DNA of 64,000 nucleotides, from NCBI GenBank assembly GCA_963841915.1, contig CAWJEN010000003.1, positions 64,001-128,000 of the forward strand. The letters are read 5' to 3'. Each line of letters opens with the position of its first letter. The stretch's first letter is position 1. The notes below the pieces were generated by a model, which was given only the letters and a program-made list of their open reading frames with translations, was not told the origin of the DNA and searched no databases. The position numbers and the translations under genes are program-made. This stretch comes from an uncultured Planctomycetota bacterium. Its GTDB lineage: Bacteria; Planctomycetota; Phycisphaerae; Tepidisphaerales; Tepidisphaeraceae. Of the stretch, positions 63,549 to 64,000 are shown one piece after another.

Positions 63549-64000
63549 ATGACCCGCGCCTTCCTCCTTGCGTTGCTATGCCTTGCAGTTCCTGTCGCAG
63601 CTCAGATGCCGAGCGATCGCGGCAGCGTGATCTTCATTCACCCCGACGGTGCAGGCGGCGGCACCTGGGCTGCGACGCGGGCGCTGTACGTCGGTCCTGA
63701 CGAGGACCTTCACTGGGATCTGCTGCCTTTCGTCGCTGTCTATCGCGGGCACTCGCTTAACTCGCTGACGCCATCGAGCAACGCGGGTGCGACCATGCAC
63801 GCGTACGGCGTTAAGACTGAAAAGAGCGCCTTCGGCCGGACCAAGTCTGGGCCCGATGGCGTCGAGCCGACTGACGCCGAGGGCAAATCGCTCAGCGTCG
63901 CAAAGCAGGCGATCGCCGCCGGTGTGCCGACAGGCATTGTGCAGAGCGGCGACGTTGTCGAGCCCGGCACCGCCGTCTTCCTGGCAGATGCTAACGAACG
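63549..64000 (+). CDS. Alkaline phosphatase (PhoA-like), 3' partial; absent from the ORF track
   Basis: Own translation MTRAFLLALLCLAVPVAAQ..SVIFIHPDG..LHWDLLP..TPSSNAGATMHAYGVK..TGIVQSG..EPGTAVF, open to the window end. Confidence 0.85.
   Translation, partial: MTRAFLLALLCLAVPVAAQMPSDRGSVIFIHPDGAGGGTWAATRALYVGPDEDLHWDLLPFVAVYRGHSLNSLTPSSNAGATMHAYGVKTEKSAFGRTKSGPDGVEPTDAEGKSLSVAKQAIAAGVPTGIVQSGDVVEPGTAVFLADANE

Overview
GC-rich bacterial chromosomal window, most likely Planctomycetota (Phycisphaerae-like). This placement is inferred from a DUF1559/H-X9-DG prepilin-like protein, three LEPR-XLL-type secreted proteins, a planctomycete-style dockerin C-terminus, three PEP-CTERM proteins and a CxxCGYD..CPECG membrane protein. 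Housekeeping genes include purQ, pgi, ligA, ugd, pfk, hflX, hemB, mscL, rpoD, dnaG and tRNA-fMet. Also present are a Wzx/Wzy polysaccharide cluster, an orphan motAB pair, two PilZ proteins and several large surface proteins. Three genes (tricorn protease, cstA, one PEP-CTERM gene) carry frameshifts that may be assembly errors. Best candidates for something new: (1) a cobalamin riboswitch with an atypical insertion, controlling a coupled PEP-CTERM + DUF1559 operon that has no btuB/btuFCD, possibly a non-canonical B12-capture module; (2) a ~220-nt rod-like structured RNA candidate between hemB and mscL; (3) a 78-nt REP-like palindrome inserted in frame in cstA; (4) frequent leaderless-type promoters, one of them bidirectional; (5) LigA with a doubled Zn finger and MscL with a long acidic loop. 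No CRISPR array, transposase, integrase or prophage was seen. All family calls come from reading motifs by eye, not from database searches.
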